Assembly (NCBI GenBank): GCA_028820455.1
Contig: JAPPJC010000001.1
Coordinates: 1 to 59,347, forward strand
DNA from: Acidimicrobiaceae bacterium
GTDB lineage: Bacteria; Actinomycetota; Acidimicrobiia; Acidimicrobiales; Aldehydirespiratoraceae
Length of the DNA: 59,347 nucleotides
Direction: 5' to 3'
The notes under the pieces were generated by a model. It was not told the origin of the DNA. It saw nothing but the letters and a program-made list of their open reading frames with translations, and ran no database searches. The translations under genes and the position numbers were made by a program. This document shows, one piece after another, positions 1 to 10,314 of this stretch (its first letter is position 1; every line of letters starts with the position of its first letter).

Positions 1-166
1 GATCAACACTAGGCATTACTATTGGATGTACTTGGCCGACAATTTATAGCCAAAATATCTATATCTACTTATAGTCCTATAACCGAGATCTAGAAATCTA
101 TAACAGAAATACCTTGACAAACAAGTGGCTGCCACGACAGAACATAAGCAAACCCCGAATAACAGA

Positions 167-235
167 AGGAGCTTCACTGAGTTATTCACAGCATCAGGCA
201 GGAGCTTCACTGAGTTATTCACAGCATCAGGCAGG
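167..235. repeat. 33-bp perfect tandem duplication
   Basis: aggagcttcactgagttattcacagcatcaggc at 167-199 and 200-232. Confidence 0.9.
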
Positions 236-346
236 CCGGGTGTAACTCTAACCACCTCCTCTTCTTATACCGTTCACCCACCATACTGAAGGCAGAAATT
301 AGAGGGCAGCCTATTCTGCACAGACCACGCCACCGCAATAGTTGCA

Positions 347-455
347 CTATAAACTAATGACTGAAGAAACAAACCATTCTGCACATCGTTCTGTGTGGGC
401 TTAAGCCACTTGTTGACCACCTATAAACTAATGACTGAAGAAACAAACCATTCTG
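347..455. repeat. 35-bp direct repeat pair, 74-nt period, unique insert
   Basis: ctataaactaatgactgaagaaacaaaccattctg at 347-381 and 421-455. Confidence 0.9.
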
Positions 456-526
456 TGGCTGTCCACTGACGACTGCTGACCTGCAACTACCCAACCGAGA
501 GTTGATTTTATGCTGGGCTCTGCAAG

Positions 527-2128
527 TTACACAAGGTCCTTTGAACAAGGCTCTACAAGTCTATAGGGTTTAGCCCCTGTTGGTTCTCTGATTATCTGCC
601 AGTTGTTCTCATGAATCTTATGATGACACTGATAACACACAAGAACAAGACTCTCAATATCCGTCTTACCTCCTTGCGCCCAAGGCACAATGTGATGAGC
701 CTGACACATAGACGGATCAGCACCACAACCAACACACTCCCTGTCACGCAACCTAAGAGCCTTAAGCTGAGCAGCATTAACAGTACGCTTCGACCTTCCG
801 CACCACAAAGGCCTGCCTGGGCCATCAAACAACAACCCCGTCACACGCGCATCACACATAAGCCGATCAAACACTGACGGCGGAATAGGCCCAGCACCCA
901 TAACCTCAATAAGCCCACCCGGGCTACCACCCCCACCACTGCTTTCACCAGCATTGCTACTGGTACCACTACCTAAGGTGCCGCTACCGGCTTTATCTCT
1001 CTTGAAAGTGGAAATATCAGCAAAAACCAGAACCTCAGCAGTCGGACGTGACCCAATACCACTGCTAATCCCACAATTACAACCACCCCCACTAGAAGCA
1101 ACACTCCCATTAAAACCGGTACCCCCACCACCTATCCCATTACCCTCACCTGCAACGACCTCAGTGTCACTGCTATCACGCATGATTCTCTTACTTTTAT
1201 GAGGTTTGCTAGAAAGAGGGCCAAAGGTTGTGATAAGTTGCTCTAAAGCATCCGCGCTGCACTGCTCAAAACTACGCTGACTCCCACCTAATCCAGCAAC
1301 ATTAATACCACCACCCCCACCAGCGGCACCATTTACAGAACCACTATCACCCACTACGCCCACACCACTATCACCACTCACATCTCCACCTACACCCAAG
1401 CCATCACCCCACACAACACTATTACCAACACTCCGCCTATTAGTAGTGTTGACTGCCTGTTTTTTGTCGCCACGGTAAAACAACAGAGCAACCTCATTAA
1501 GACGACTACGAATCCTAGCACCAGTTACAGGATCGAATTCCCCTTTAAGATGAGTCATACCATCATCACCATCCCAAACACGCACTGAACGCCTAGCACG
1601 TTTGCGGGCAAAATCAGCTTCACCGCGATCCCGCTGACGCTGTGCAGCCCAACGCCGCACCCGCCTAGCAAACCGATCTTCAGGCATCACCTCAGCCTCT
1701 GCAAGCAGCACAGAGTCTTCCTGCACTGCTTCAGGGTTAACATCTCGGCTAGCCTTAGCTAGAGCATCAGCATTACCAAAAGAAATCTTCCCCTCATCCA
1801 CAGCATCACTAACCTTAGGCAGCTTACGTAGCTCACCTGCTGTTTGGACCTTCCTGCTAGCCTCACGCTTAGAAACACCAATACTATTACGCAACACCCC
1901 AACCCCATCATCTCCATGGCCCTCTACCCTAGAAACAACAGCCGCAGCAGCCGTCTGAAAAGCAACAAGCCTAGAACTTACAGACTTCGACAAAGTCAGA
2001 GCATCACGCACCTCCCCAATAGAAACCCGCCCAGACCTAACACAAATCAACATCTCCGCCAGGCTCTTATCCACTTGCTCGGTGATACTTATTAGCATAA
2101 TATTAACTATGCCTGCAGGGTGTGACAT
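527..2128 (-). CDS. DUF222 domain / HNH endonuclease protein (13E12-repeat-like)
   Basis: C-terminal RDRECVGC..CQAHHIVPWAQGGKTDIESLVLVCYQCHHKIH HNH motif; DUF222-like helical N-terminal region; Gly-rich insertions. Confidence 0.85.
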   Translation of the reverse strand: MSHPAGIVNIMLISITEQVDKSLAEMLICVRSGRVSIGEVRDALTLSKSVSSRLVAFQTAAAAVVSRVEGHGDDGVGVLRNSIGVSKREASRKVQTAGELRKLPKVSDAVDEGKISFGNADALAKASRDVNPEAVQEDSVLLAEAEVMPEDRFARRVRRWAAQRQRDRGEADFARKRARRSVRVWDGDDGMTHLKGEFDPVTGARIRSRLNEVALLFYRGDKKQAVNTTNRRSVGNSVVWGDGLGVGGDVSGDSGVGVVGDSGSVNGAAGGGGGINVAGLGGSQRSFEQCSADALEQLITTFGPLSSKPHKSKRIMRDSSDTEVVAGEGNGIGGGGTGFNGSVASSGGGCNCGISSGIGSRPTAEVLVFADISTFKRDKAGSGTLGSGTSSNAGESSGGGGSPGGLIEVMGAGPIPPSVFDRLMCDARVTGLLFDGPGRPLWCGRSKRTVNAAQLKALRLRDRECVGCGADPSMCQAHHIVPWAQGGKTDIESLVLVCYQCHHKIHENNWQIIREPTGAKPYRLVEPCSKDLV

Positions 2129-2309
2129 AAAACCTACGCAAATATGTTCAAAACATAATAATTTCCAGAAATAGAGTAAAAACTCAAACCTTTGAATATG
2201 ACAATGCCGCTGCGACGAGGATAAACCACGGGGAAGTGTATAAGCATATTTGCCATTGTCGAGCGTTTATATTCCAACATCGACACCGTGGCTGCTATAA
2301 GAGCACTGC

Positions 2310-2419
2310 CCTCATCATCTCCATCGTCCTGCGTCTTTTCGGCTATGCGCAGTTCTTAGAGACGACACTCAGCCGACCTAGACCTCATCATCTCCGTCGT
2401 CCTGCGTCTTTTCGGCTAT
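2310..2419. repeat. 37-bp direct repeat pair, 73-nt period, duplicating the 3' end of the small ORF
   Basis: cctcatcatctcc(a/g)tcgtcctgcgtcttttcggctat at 2310-2346 and 2383-2419. Confidence 0.9.
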
Positions 2420-2536
2420 AGTTCGAGCAGCACTGTGTACGGCTTTTTCAACAGCGGGATATACTGTCTGAACCGCTTTGCGGCCTGCCTCAAGTCCTGC
2501 TCCTATTGCAGCTCCTACCATAAATATGCCTAGCAT
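2378..2536 (-). CDS. small hypothetical protein
   Basis: ORF MLGIFMVGAAIGAGLEAGRK..., hydrophobic N-terminus; start uncertain (ORF is open to 2590). Confidence 0.45.
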   Translation of the reverse strand: MLGIFMVGAAIGAGLEAGRKAVQTVYPAVEKAVHSAARTIAEKTQDDGDDEV

Positions 2537-2653
2537 TATTATTTTTCCTCCTTGTCTTTGTTGATGATGTAAGCAGTTTCGCATAGCCATTCGACTAAGA
2601 TGCCGTAGACGAATTCTGCTTCTTCCGTTTCACAGCAAAGTGACCAGTACTTT

Positions 2654-3108
2654 AGCAATAAGCACTAATAAATGACAATAGCAAACACGATAACACGTTC
2701 AACAACCGTTGTACAGCACCACCCTAAGCAGTAACACTAAACAAATGCGCACTCAGATTCGAGTAGCTCGAATAGCACAGACATACAGCATTATCCTAAG
2801 CAGTAACACTAAACAAATGCGCACGCTCAACACACGGACGCGGTAAGCCCGAGAGGTAATTGGAGACCTCGGAGTAGTAACACTGAAGACACGACAGCCA
2901 GCTAAAACAATACTCCAAACAACAACTCAAACAGCAACATCTTACTGGCGACAATAACGTGCAGGCCGCCCGCTGCTGAACGGCAGCTCAGAGGCCTCGT
3001 CCAAACAGCAACATCTTACTGGCGACAATAACGTGCAGGCCGCCCGCTGCTGAACGGCAGCTCAGAGGCCTCGTCCAAATAGTAACACCTTACTGGCAAC
3101 AATAACGT
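2654..3108. repeat. degenerate repeat-spacer array, ~73-nt period
   Basis: 30-bp perfect pair at 2723/2795; degenerate cores at 2654 and 2873; 74-bp tandem units at 2928 and 3002, partial unit at 3076. Confidence 0.75.
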
Positions 3109-3128
3109 CAGACTGCTAGCATGAAATT

Positions 3129-5186
3129 ATGAGACAAAACCATAACACCGAAACATCTAAACTAAACACCGAACCACTCGAACCAACTACGGAGACTCTT
3201 CCCAATCCGTCTCCTGAAGTATTCGATGCGCTCACTTTACGCAGCGTACGCAACATCCTTTGCAGCTTTCTCAATGCTCTGAAGGCTCATAGTGCCAGGA
3301 TCAACAACCTGAATGTCTACCCTGTGCCTGACGGTGACACCGGTACCAATATGACTTTAACCTTGCAGTCGGTAGTAGACGAATTAGCAGACAGCAAGGA
3401 AACCAGCAAAGATACCAGCACGGGATCAGCGAACCAGAAGCATTTCGGGACAGGATCATACAAGGAAAACGATATCAGCGAAGACGATATCAATAAGGAA
3501 GACTTCGCAGAGTTGACCAAAGCTGTTTCTTACGCTGCTTTGATGGGTGCTCGTGGTAATTCTGGGGTAATAATGGCTCAAGTTTTACGTGGTATCATCA
3601 AAGAACTACAAGAAGCCAACTCGGCTGATAAGCCACTCAACTCAAGAGTGCTGGCAGGAGCTTTTTCTACAGCTACGAAACAAGCATATGGTGCCGTTGG
3701 CAATCCAGTGGAGGGTACAATCTTGACTGTGCTGCGTGAAGCTTCCGAAGCCGCTCAAGCCGCAGCTGACAACAACTCTAACCTGCTAAAAATGTTTCAA
3801 GCAGCCCACACCCGTGGCTACAAAACATTAGCTCGCACCCCGGAAATGCTGCAGGTATTAGCCGACGCAGGGGTCATCGATGCTGGTGGAGCTGGACTAA
3901 TGCTACTCTTTGATGCTGTCTTGGCCGAGTTGGGAAGCCATAAAATACCTACCCCCGATACCATGCCAGGCTCTATGTCAGGTACTACCACTACACCAGG
4001 CTCTATGTCAGACACTGCATCAGACATGAACACCGACGCCGCACACCCGCAAACCACCCAAGCACAAACAACCCCATCCCGCGCACAACAAACATCAGGC
4101 CACCACCACGACCATGAGTCCTCCACGCAAGAGTCTTCTATAGCTGACTTGCGCTATGAAGTTATGTTCCTACTCGACGCTGATGATTCTGCCATTGAAG
4201 GCTTCAAAAACGAATGGTCGACAATCGGGGATTCCATAGCGATAATCGGCGGAGACGGAATATGGAACTGTCACATCCACACTGACGCAATTGGAGCTTC
4301 TATCGAAGCCGCTATAGCGGTGGGACGTCCACATAGAATACAAGTTACCGATCTGCTGGAACAGGTAGCTGAACAACACGATGAGCACACACATCAGGAA
4401 CCGGCTACACCTAAACCCATAAAGCAGAAGTCAGGCCAAACTGAGCAACAAAAGACACAAGCCAACGAACAATCAAAAGAGCATAGCAGCAGCACACCAC
4501 TCATACCTATGGGCATTACCGAGCCTCATAAATGCTCGGTTGTGGCTGTAGGTGTCGGCAAGGGTATTGAGGCAATGCTTATGTCAATGGGTGTTAGCCG
4601 TGTGGTGTCTGGGGGAGCGTCTATGAATCCTTCAACAGCTGAGCTACTCGCCGCCGTAGATTCCTTATCTACGGGTGAAGTGGTGATCCTCCCCAACAAT
4701 TCCAACATAATCGCAGTAGCCGAACAGCTTGATGCTGTTACTGAACGAAATGTGAGTGTCGTGCCTACCACTAACGTCTTGGAAGGGATCGCCTCACTGA
4801 TGGCTTTCAGCTCAGACAACACAAGCAGTGTCAACAGTCATTCCATGAGCTCAACCTCTGCTGATACTACAACCGGCGAGGTCACCCGAGCCGTGCGGGA
4901 TTCTGTTAGCACGATTGGCGCAATCAAGACAGGTGATTGGATCGGTGTTGGCCCTAACGGCGTTGTGGTGATCACTCAAGACGAAACTCAAGCCGTAATT
5001 GAACTTTTTTCCGCTTTACTCAATGAACAACAGCATGAACTACTGACAATCCTTACCGGAACCGATGCAAACGAAGCCTCCATAGCCGCCGTGGAAGCTC
5101 ATATAGCCAATCAACATCCCGACCTAGAAGTTGAAATCCACGATGGTGGACAACCCCTGTATCCCTACTACATCGGCTTAGTATGA
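3129..5186 (+). CDS. DAK2 domain protein (fatty acid kinase FakA/YloV-like)
   Basis: INNLNVYPVPDGDTGTNM, GARGNSGVI, C-terminal GGQPLYPY; upstream of recG. Confidence 0.92.
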   Translation: MRQNHNTETSKLNTEPLEPTTETLPNPSPEVFDALTLRSVRNILCSFLNALKAHSARINNLNVYPVPDGDTGTNMTLTLQSVVDELADSKETSKDTSTGSANQKHFGTGSYKENDISEDDINKEDFAELTKAVSYAALMGARGNSGVIMAQVLRGIIKELQEANSADKPLNSRVLAGAFSTATKQAYGAVGNPVEGTILTVLREASEAAQAAADNNSNLLKMFQAAHTRGYKTLARTPEMLQVLADAGVIDAGGAGLMLLFDAVLAELGSHKIPTPDTMPGSMSGTTTTPGSMSDTASDMNTDAAHPQTTQAQTTPSRAQQTSGHHHDHESSTQESSIADLRYEVMFLLDADDSAIEGFKNEWSTIGDSIAIIGGDGIWNCHIHTDAIGASIEAAIAVGRPHRIQVTDLLEQVAEQHDEHTHQEPATPKPIKQKSGQTEQQKTQANEQSKEHSSSTPLIPMGITEPHKCSVVAVGVGKGIEAMLMSMGVSRVVSGGASMNPSTAELLAAVDSLSTGEVVILPNNSNIIAVAEQLDAVTERNVSVVPTTNVLEGIASLMAFSSDNTSSVNSHSMSSTSADTTTGEVTRAVRDSVSTIGAIKTGDWIGVGPNGVVVITQDETQAVIELFSALLNEQQHELLTILTGTDANEASIAAVEAHIANQHPDLEVEIHDGGQPLYPYYIGLV

Positions 5187-5419
5187 GCCCCCTTTTGTCT
5201 AGTCTGGTATGTAACCCACTGTCTAGTCTTGTCTAGTCGGCTGAGTATATTCCCTCTCCCAATCGGCTCTAATTGCAAGCCCCCTGAATCGGCCTAATAT
5301 AATCTCCCTACTAACCTCCTCTTCTGCATCAGCCCAATATCAGGTTGAACATCTGCGTCGTCCACCGTCCACAACACCCCACACCAGCTCACAACACACC
5401 AGCTTCCTTTCAAACAACT

Positions 5420-7765
5420 ATGCCAGCAGGCGATCCTCCTTTAACGCTTCAAGACCTCCATAATCTGAGTGCTGGGCGTTTGCGCAATTCTGCTCCCAGC
5501 GCATTTCCCGGTCTTGCCAAGGCAGGAATACACACTGTGCTTGACCTGCTACAGCATTATCCACGCCGTTACCTCGACCGCACTCAACGCCTTGATATAG
5601 ACCAATTATCGATGGGCCAACTATCGCTTGACACCAGCACCAGCCCCACCAACACCAACAGGAACAAAAACACCAGTAATAGGACATCTGAACACAAACA
5701 AGAAACTGTCAAAGAGGTCTACGTTGTCGGCGAAGTGGTTAATTTGCAACGAAGACGAACCCGCCGTAAGCGATTTTCAGTGGTCAGTATGTGGCTGCGT
5801 GAAACCATCGGCATTATCGAACTTGTTTTTTTCAATCAAAGCTGGATAGCCAAGCAGTACAAAACCGGTGATACGGTTGTGGCTTTCGGCAAGATAAGTC
5901 GCTTCCGCGACAGATATCAGATGAAAAGCCCCACCATCGACAGGTGGGGTGACATGGCCGGACGAATAATGCCCGTGTACCCTGGGTTAACCAACACAGG
6001 TCTTCGCTCTTTCGAGTTTGCGCGGTTCGTAGATAACGCGCTTAACCGTTGTACAGCCCGAGGAATTGCAGATCCAGTGCCGACTAAGGTTTTGAAGAGA
6101 CTGGGACTGCTCAGCCGTCAACGGGCGTTAAACGGCATCCACAGACCAGAAACTCACAAGGACTACAGACAAGCTCGCCGCCGCCTCGTATTCGATGAAC
6201 TTTTGAGAATGCAAGTTGAGCTGGTACGTCGGCAGCGACGTTTGCGTGCCACCACTAGCGGAGTTTCCCATGTTATAAACGGAGAACTCACCAGAGGTTT
6301 CTACAGCAACCTACCATTCGAACTCACAGATACCCAGAAGCAAGTCATAGAAGAGATTTCCGACGATCTAGCCCAGCCGTGGCCTATGCACCGCCTATTG
6401 CAAGGCGATGTTGGTTCGGGTAAAACGGTAGTAGCCCTTCATGCTTTGCTCACCGCAGTTCAGGGTGGCTTTCAAGGCGTTCTAATGGCCCCCACTGAAA
6501 TTTTAGCCGAACAGCATATGGCGACTATACGAAGCCTAGTAGACGGACTTGAAATACCAGATCAGACGAGACTCAGCGGTAAAAGACCTTTGCGGGTTGA
6601 CCTGCTGACCAGTCAAACGTCTAAAACTTTGCGGCGTGATATTATAGCCAGTCTGACCACTGGTGCTGTCGATATTGTTGTGGGAACACATGCCCTCATC
6701 TCTGAAAATGTTGAATACAAAGCTTTGGCAGTAGCTGTTGTGGACGAGCAGCATCGATTCGGTGTGGAGCAACGCTCACAGCTACGCGACAAAAGTTCAA
6801 ACTCAGCGATTGTCAAAACAGTCGCAGCAACATCCGAAACAAAAACAGCACCCCCCGGAACGATCCCAGCAGCAACCACCGCAACAGCATCTACGTTGGC
6901 TTTTGGAACAATTCCCGACATGCTTGTGATGACTGCAACACCAATACCACGCACAGCTGCCATGACCGTCTACGGAGACCTGGAAGTGTCTATTTTGGAT
7001 GAGCTGCCTGCAGGTCGTCAGGCCATCACCACACTTCGGGCACCGACGCCTGAACACGAAAATCAAGTGTGGCAAGAAGTGCGCAGAGCAGTGGCAAAGG
7101 GACGCCAAGCGTACGTGGTTTGCCCACTCATTGAAGATTCTACCGCTTTAGCAGTACGCTCAGCCACCGAACTTTACGATTACCTCACCGAACCTGACAG
7201 CCCGTTGCACGATCTGAGGATAGGACTTCTTCACGGTCGTGTAGCACCAGCTGAAAAGCAACAGACGATGGAATTGTTTTATTGCGGCCAGTTTGACTTG
7301 CTTGTAACTACCACTGTTATTGAAGTGGGGGTAGACGTACCCAACGCCACGGTTATGGTAGTGGTAGACGCCCATCGTTTTGGCATCGCCCAGCTTCATC
7401 AACTACGAGGCCGGGTCGGACGGGGAAGCCACGCTTCTGTTTGTTATCTACTGGGTTCCTCAACAAGTGAAGAGGGGGAAGCCCGGCTTAATGCGGTAGC
7501 AGAAACCACCGACGGTTTCAAACTTGCTGAGGTAGACCTGGACCTACGTGGTGAGGGTACGATCATGGGTGCCCAACAGAAAGGTCGCAGCGACTTGCGT
7601 TTAGCTTCGTTGAGACATCACAAGCACTGGATAAAAAAAGCCCGTGAGATTGCGACTGACCTTGTCAGCCCGAATGGAACACTCGAAAAATATCAGATGA
7701 TCGCCGATGAGGTTGAATTCATATTTGAAAACAATCCTGCAGCAGATTTCCTGTTAAAAAGCTGA
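5420..7765 (+). CDS. recG: ATP-dependent DNA helicase RecG
   Basis: LLQGDVGSGKT, VVDEQHRFG, MTATPIPRT, QLHQLRGRVGRG; start taken at ATG 5420 (ORF open from 5345). Confidence 0.96.
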   Translation: MPAGDPPLTLQDLHNLSAGRLRNSAPSAFPGLAKAGIHTVLDLLQHYPRRYLDRTQRLDIDQLSMGQLSLDTSTSPTNTNRNKNTSNRTSEHKQETVKEVYVVGEVVNLQRRRTRRKRFSVVSMWLRETIGIIELVFFNQSWIAKQYKTGDTVVAFGKISRFRDRYQMKSPTIDRWGDMAGRIMPVYPGLTNTGLRSFEFARFVDNALNRCTARGIADPVPTKVLKRLGLLSRQRALNGIHRPETHKDYRQARRRLVFDELLRMQVELVRRQRRLRATTSGVSHVINGELTRGFYSNLPFELTDTQKQVIEEISDDLAQPWPMHRLLQGDVGSGKTVVALHALLTAVQGGFQGVLMAPTEILAEQHMATIRSLVDGLEIPDQTRLSGKRPLRVDLLTSQTSKTLRRDIIASLTTGAVDIVVGTHALISENVEYKALAVAVVDEQHRFGVEQRSQLRDKSSNSAIVKTVAATSETKTAPPGTIPAATTATASTLAFGTIPDMLVMTATPIPRTAAMTVYGDLEVSILDELPAGRQAITTLRAPTPEHENQVWQEVRRAVAKGRQAYVVCPLIEDSTALAVRSATELYDYLTEPDSPLHDLRIGLLHGRVAPAEKQQTMELFYCGQFDLLVTTTVIEVGVDVPNATVMVVVDAHRFGIAQLHQLRGRVGRGSHASVCYLLGSSTSEEGEARLNAVAETTDGFKLAEVDLDLRGEGTIMGAQQKGRSDLRLASLRHHKHWIKKAREIATDLVSPNGTLEKYQMIADEVEFIFENNPAADFLLKS

Positions 7766-7800
7766 CCAACAAATCAACAACAAAAAACTAAGAAGTAGCG

Positions 7801-7906
7801 GCTGACATGATAATGCGAGTAGTTGCCGGCACACACCGAGGTGGCATTCGACTTGCCTTCACCCGACTTGGTAGCTGACATGATAATGCGAGTAGTTGCC
7901 GGCACA
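7801..7906. repeat. 33-bp direct repeat pair, 73-nt period, covering the rsmD start
   Basis: gctgacatgataatgcgagtagttgccggcaca at 7801-7833 and 7874-7906. Confidence 0.92.
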
Positions 7907-8599
7907 GCAAAAGGACGAAGACTTGCAGTCCCAACAGGCAACGTTACCCGTCCTACTCCTGGTAGAGTGCGTGAAGCAATATTCAACTCTTTATATTCAC
8001 AGGGGTTGATAGAAAATTCTCGTGTACTTGATCTATACGCTGGTACTGGCGCATTAGGTATTGAAGCTTTAAGCCGTGGAGCAGCTGAGGCAGTCTTCCT
8101 AGAACAAGACGCACGTGCAGTGACTTCCCTGAGAAAAAACTTGACTTCTACAGGTCTGGCTGAGCGAGCGACTATCATAGTTGCTGATGTTGAAAAAAAC
8201 CTCACCAGACTTCACACTGAACAAGCAGCGTCTTCAGGTTCTGGAAAAACTCATCAGAACTGCCAAACCCACGAAGATTCTCATGTCAATGTTGACACAA
8301 CCCTTACCAGACTTGACATATCCGACTTTTGCAAGCGTCACGTATCGGAACGTTTTTTTGAGCGTTCTTTTGATCTTGCTGTGGTTGACCCGCCTTATTC
8401 ATTCGAACGCTGGGAGTGGCTGTTGAAACGGATACCCGCCAAACTAGTGGTTGCTCAATCAAATCGTCGAATTGATATAGGACAAGAGTGGGAGATCAGA
8501 GGATGTAGAAGCTATGGGCGCACCGTGGTAACATTTGGTTTTTGGGCAGGAGCTTTGATAGAAAAGGACACTTTGGAAGTGAATGGATTAAGGCAGTGA
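7880..8599 (+). CDS. rsmD: 16S rRNA m2G966 methyltransferase RsmD
   Basis: MRVVAGTAKGRRL, TRPT..RVREAIF, LDLYAGTGALGIEALSRGA, DPPY; between recG and coaD. Confidence 0.92.
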   Translation: MIMRVVAGTAKGRRLAVPTGNVTRPTPGRVREAIFNSLYSQGLIENSRVLDLYAGTGALGIEALSRGAAEAVFLEQDARAVTSLRKNLTSTGLAERATIIVADVEKNLTRLHTEQAASSGSGKTHQNCQTHEDSHVNVDTTLTRLDISDFCKRHVSERFFERSFDLAVVDPPYSFERWEWLLKRIPAKLVVAQSNRRIDIGQEWEIRGCRSYGRTVVTFGFWAGALIEKDTLEVNGLRQ

Positions 8600-8687
8600 C
8601 CCGTGTTTTGTATCCTACGTCTAGGATTAGCAGCGTGGCTTTTAGCACGAGGAATGGATTAGCGCAGTGACCCGTGTTTTGTATCCT
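8581..8687. repeat. 36-bp direct repeat pair, 71-nt period, at the rsmD stop / coaD start
   Basis: gaatggatta(ag/gc)gcagtgacccgtgttttgtatcct at 8581-8616 and 8652-8687. Confidence 0.9.
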
Positions 8688-9140
8688 GGTTCGTTCGATC
8701 CTATCCACTATGGACATTTGGAAATTATTGAAACGGTGTCACAAATATTCGGGCAGGTTGTTGTAGCTGCTATGTTTAACCCACAAAAGAATGAAGTCTT
8801 ATTCAGTCTTGATGAACGTAAACGAATAATAGTCGAAGCCTGTGCTCATATCCCGAATGTTTCTGTAGCGGTTTCTGAGGGCCTAGTAGTTGATTTGGCT
8901 AAAAAACTCGAGGCGGACTTTATCGTGAAAGGCTTGCGAGCCGTTTCGGATTTTGAGAGAGAACTGCAGATGGCACAAATGAATTTTGCTCTCTCAGGAA
9001 TCCATACAACTTTCATTCCCTCTGCTAGTCGACATTCGTTTTTAGCTTCAAAGCTAATACGTGAAGTAACTCGATTAGGAGGAGACGTATCACCAATGGT
9101 ACCCGAAGCTGTTATGCGACATTTGCCCAAAACCTCTTGA
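8667..9140 (+). CDS. coaD: pantetheine-phosphate adenylyltransferase
   Basis: YPGSFDPIHYGH, KGLRAVSDFERELQMA. Confidence 0.96.
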   Translation: MTRVLYPGSFDPIHYGHLEIIETVSQIFGQVVVAAMFNPQKNEVLFSLDERKRIIVEACAHIPNVSVAVSEGLVVDLAKKLEADFIVKGLRAVSDFERELQMAQMNFALSGIHTTFIPSASRHSFLASKLIREVTRLGGDVSPMVPEAVMRHLPKTS

Positions 9141-9202
9141 TTCAACTCAAATACCCAGACGCAACCACAACAACCAATGCTCTTCAACCAATACCCTCTA
9201 TA

Positions 9203-9305
9203 CCTAATAGCCTGAATAGCGATCATCTACTGAGTGAGAGACTGGAGTGGAAGCATACAGGACTGCCATTGAACCCTAATAGCCTGAATAGCGATCATCT
9301 ACTGA
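9203..9305. repeat. 31-bp direct repeat pair, 72-nt period
   Basis: cctaatagcctgaatagcgatcatctactga at 9203-9233 and 9275-9305. Confidence 0.9.
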
Positions 9306-9336
9306 ACGAAACATCGAATGAGCGAAACATCCGACA

Positions 9337-10029
9337 ATGCAGAACGAAGACACGGAAACCAGCAGCACCACAACTAACCACCAACGAGAGCCGTTACCTC
9401 CATCTGCTGTCGATGCTCTAGACGAACCGACCCCTCCTTTGCTTCCTACTCCATCTACACCTCATGGTCAGGTACCTTCAACCCCAACCGCTGCACGTGC
9501 ACGTAGTGGTGCTGTTGAGGCACTACTTCGTCAGGCCATGAGCATACTGGAACAAGCACGGCCTATGCCGCTTTCCACGTCTGTGATCATTAATCGTGAT
9601 GAACTGAATAGCGTGTTGACTCAAGCGTTTGAACTGCTGCCTGAGGAACTACAAGCTGCCAGATGGCTACTCAAAGAGCGCGATGACATGCGGGCAAGAA
9701 TGCGGCGTGAAGGTGAAGACATTATAGCCGCTGCACGGGCTCGTGCTGAACAGATGGTGCAGCGTAGCGAAGTAAAAAAGGAAGCCGATCGTCAAGCACG
9801 ACGCGCTATTGACACAGCCGAGGGTCAAGCACTGCGCATGAAGCTTGAAACAGAGGACTGGTGCGATCAACGTCTAGCAGGACTTGAGTCGCTGCTGCAG
9901 AAGTCGCTCAACGCCGTGCTAGCAGGACGTCAGCGACTTCAAGATACAAGACTACCCAACCCTGAAAACGAGACATCCGAAGATAAACCTGAAAAAAAGA
10001 TATACGACTACGATCATGACGCTGATTAA
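9337..10029 (+). CDS. coiled-coil DivIVA/SepIVA-like protein
   Basis: ARPMPLSTSVIINRDEL...LPEELQAARWLLKER; conserved coaD-X-yceD-rpmF position. Confidence 0.75.
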   Translation: MQNEDTETSSTTTNHQREPLPPSAVDALDEPTPPLLPTPSTPHGQVPSTPTAARARSGAVEALLRQAMSILEQARPMPLSTSVIINRDELNSVLTQAFELLPEELQAARWLLKERDDMRARMRREGEDIIAAARARAEQMVQRSEVKKEADRQARRAIDTAEGQALRMKLETEDWCDQRLAGLESLLQKSLNAVLAGRQRLQDTRLPNPENETSEDKPEKKIYDYDHDAD

Positions 10030-10314
10030 TCATGTTGAAGTCGGTTATTGACACGAACAACATAACCGAACACTGACAAACATAGCCAAACAACGCAACC
10101 AAGTTAAAACAGTGTTATTTGAGTTTTGGTTGGATCTAGCTCAATGCAAGTCGACTGCAGGAGTTGGCTCAACAAATATCGGCTAAAGGCAAATGGCAAC
10201 TATAAGGTTGGCTGAACACATAGTTTGGCTGAATGAACGGTGAACAAATAGCTGAAACCATCGCTGTCAAACAGGCTTAAATCAGCGAGCTCGCTAAACG
10301 AGCTTAAACAACAA

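Noticed and set aside
2654-3108. Canonical CRISPR array call
   Set aside because: The repeats are degenerate and change along the region, one spacer is duplicated, and no cas genes are in the window. Reported as array-like only.
5345-5419. Upstream extensions in the ORF track for recG (also rsmD 7823, erpA 48279, rplS 21991)
   Set aside because: Family N-termini, RBS or -10 positions favour the downstream ATGs; some extensions run through scar inserts.
9137-9421. 94-aa ORF with a repeated PNSLNSDHLL
   Set aside because: It is a by-product of the 72-nt scar at 9203/9275, overlaps the next gene and has no recognisable motifs.
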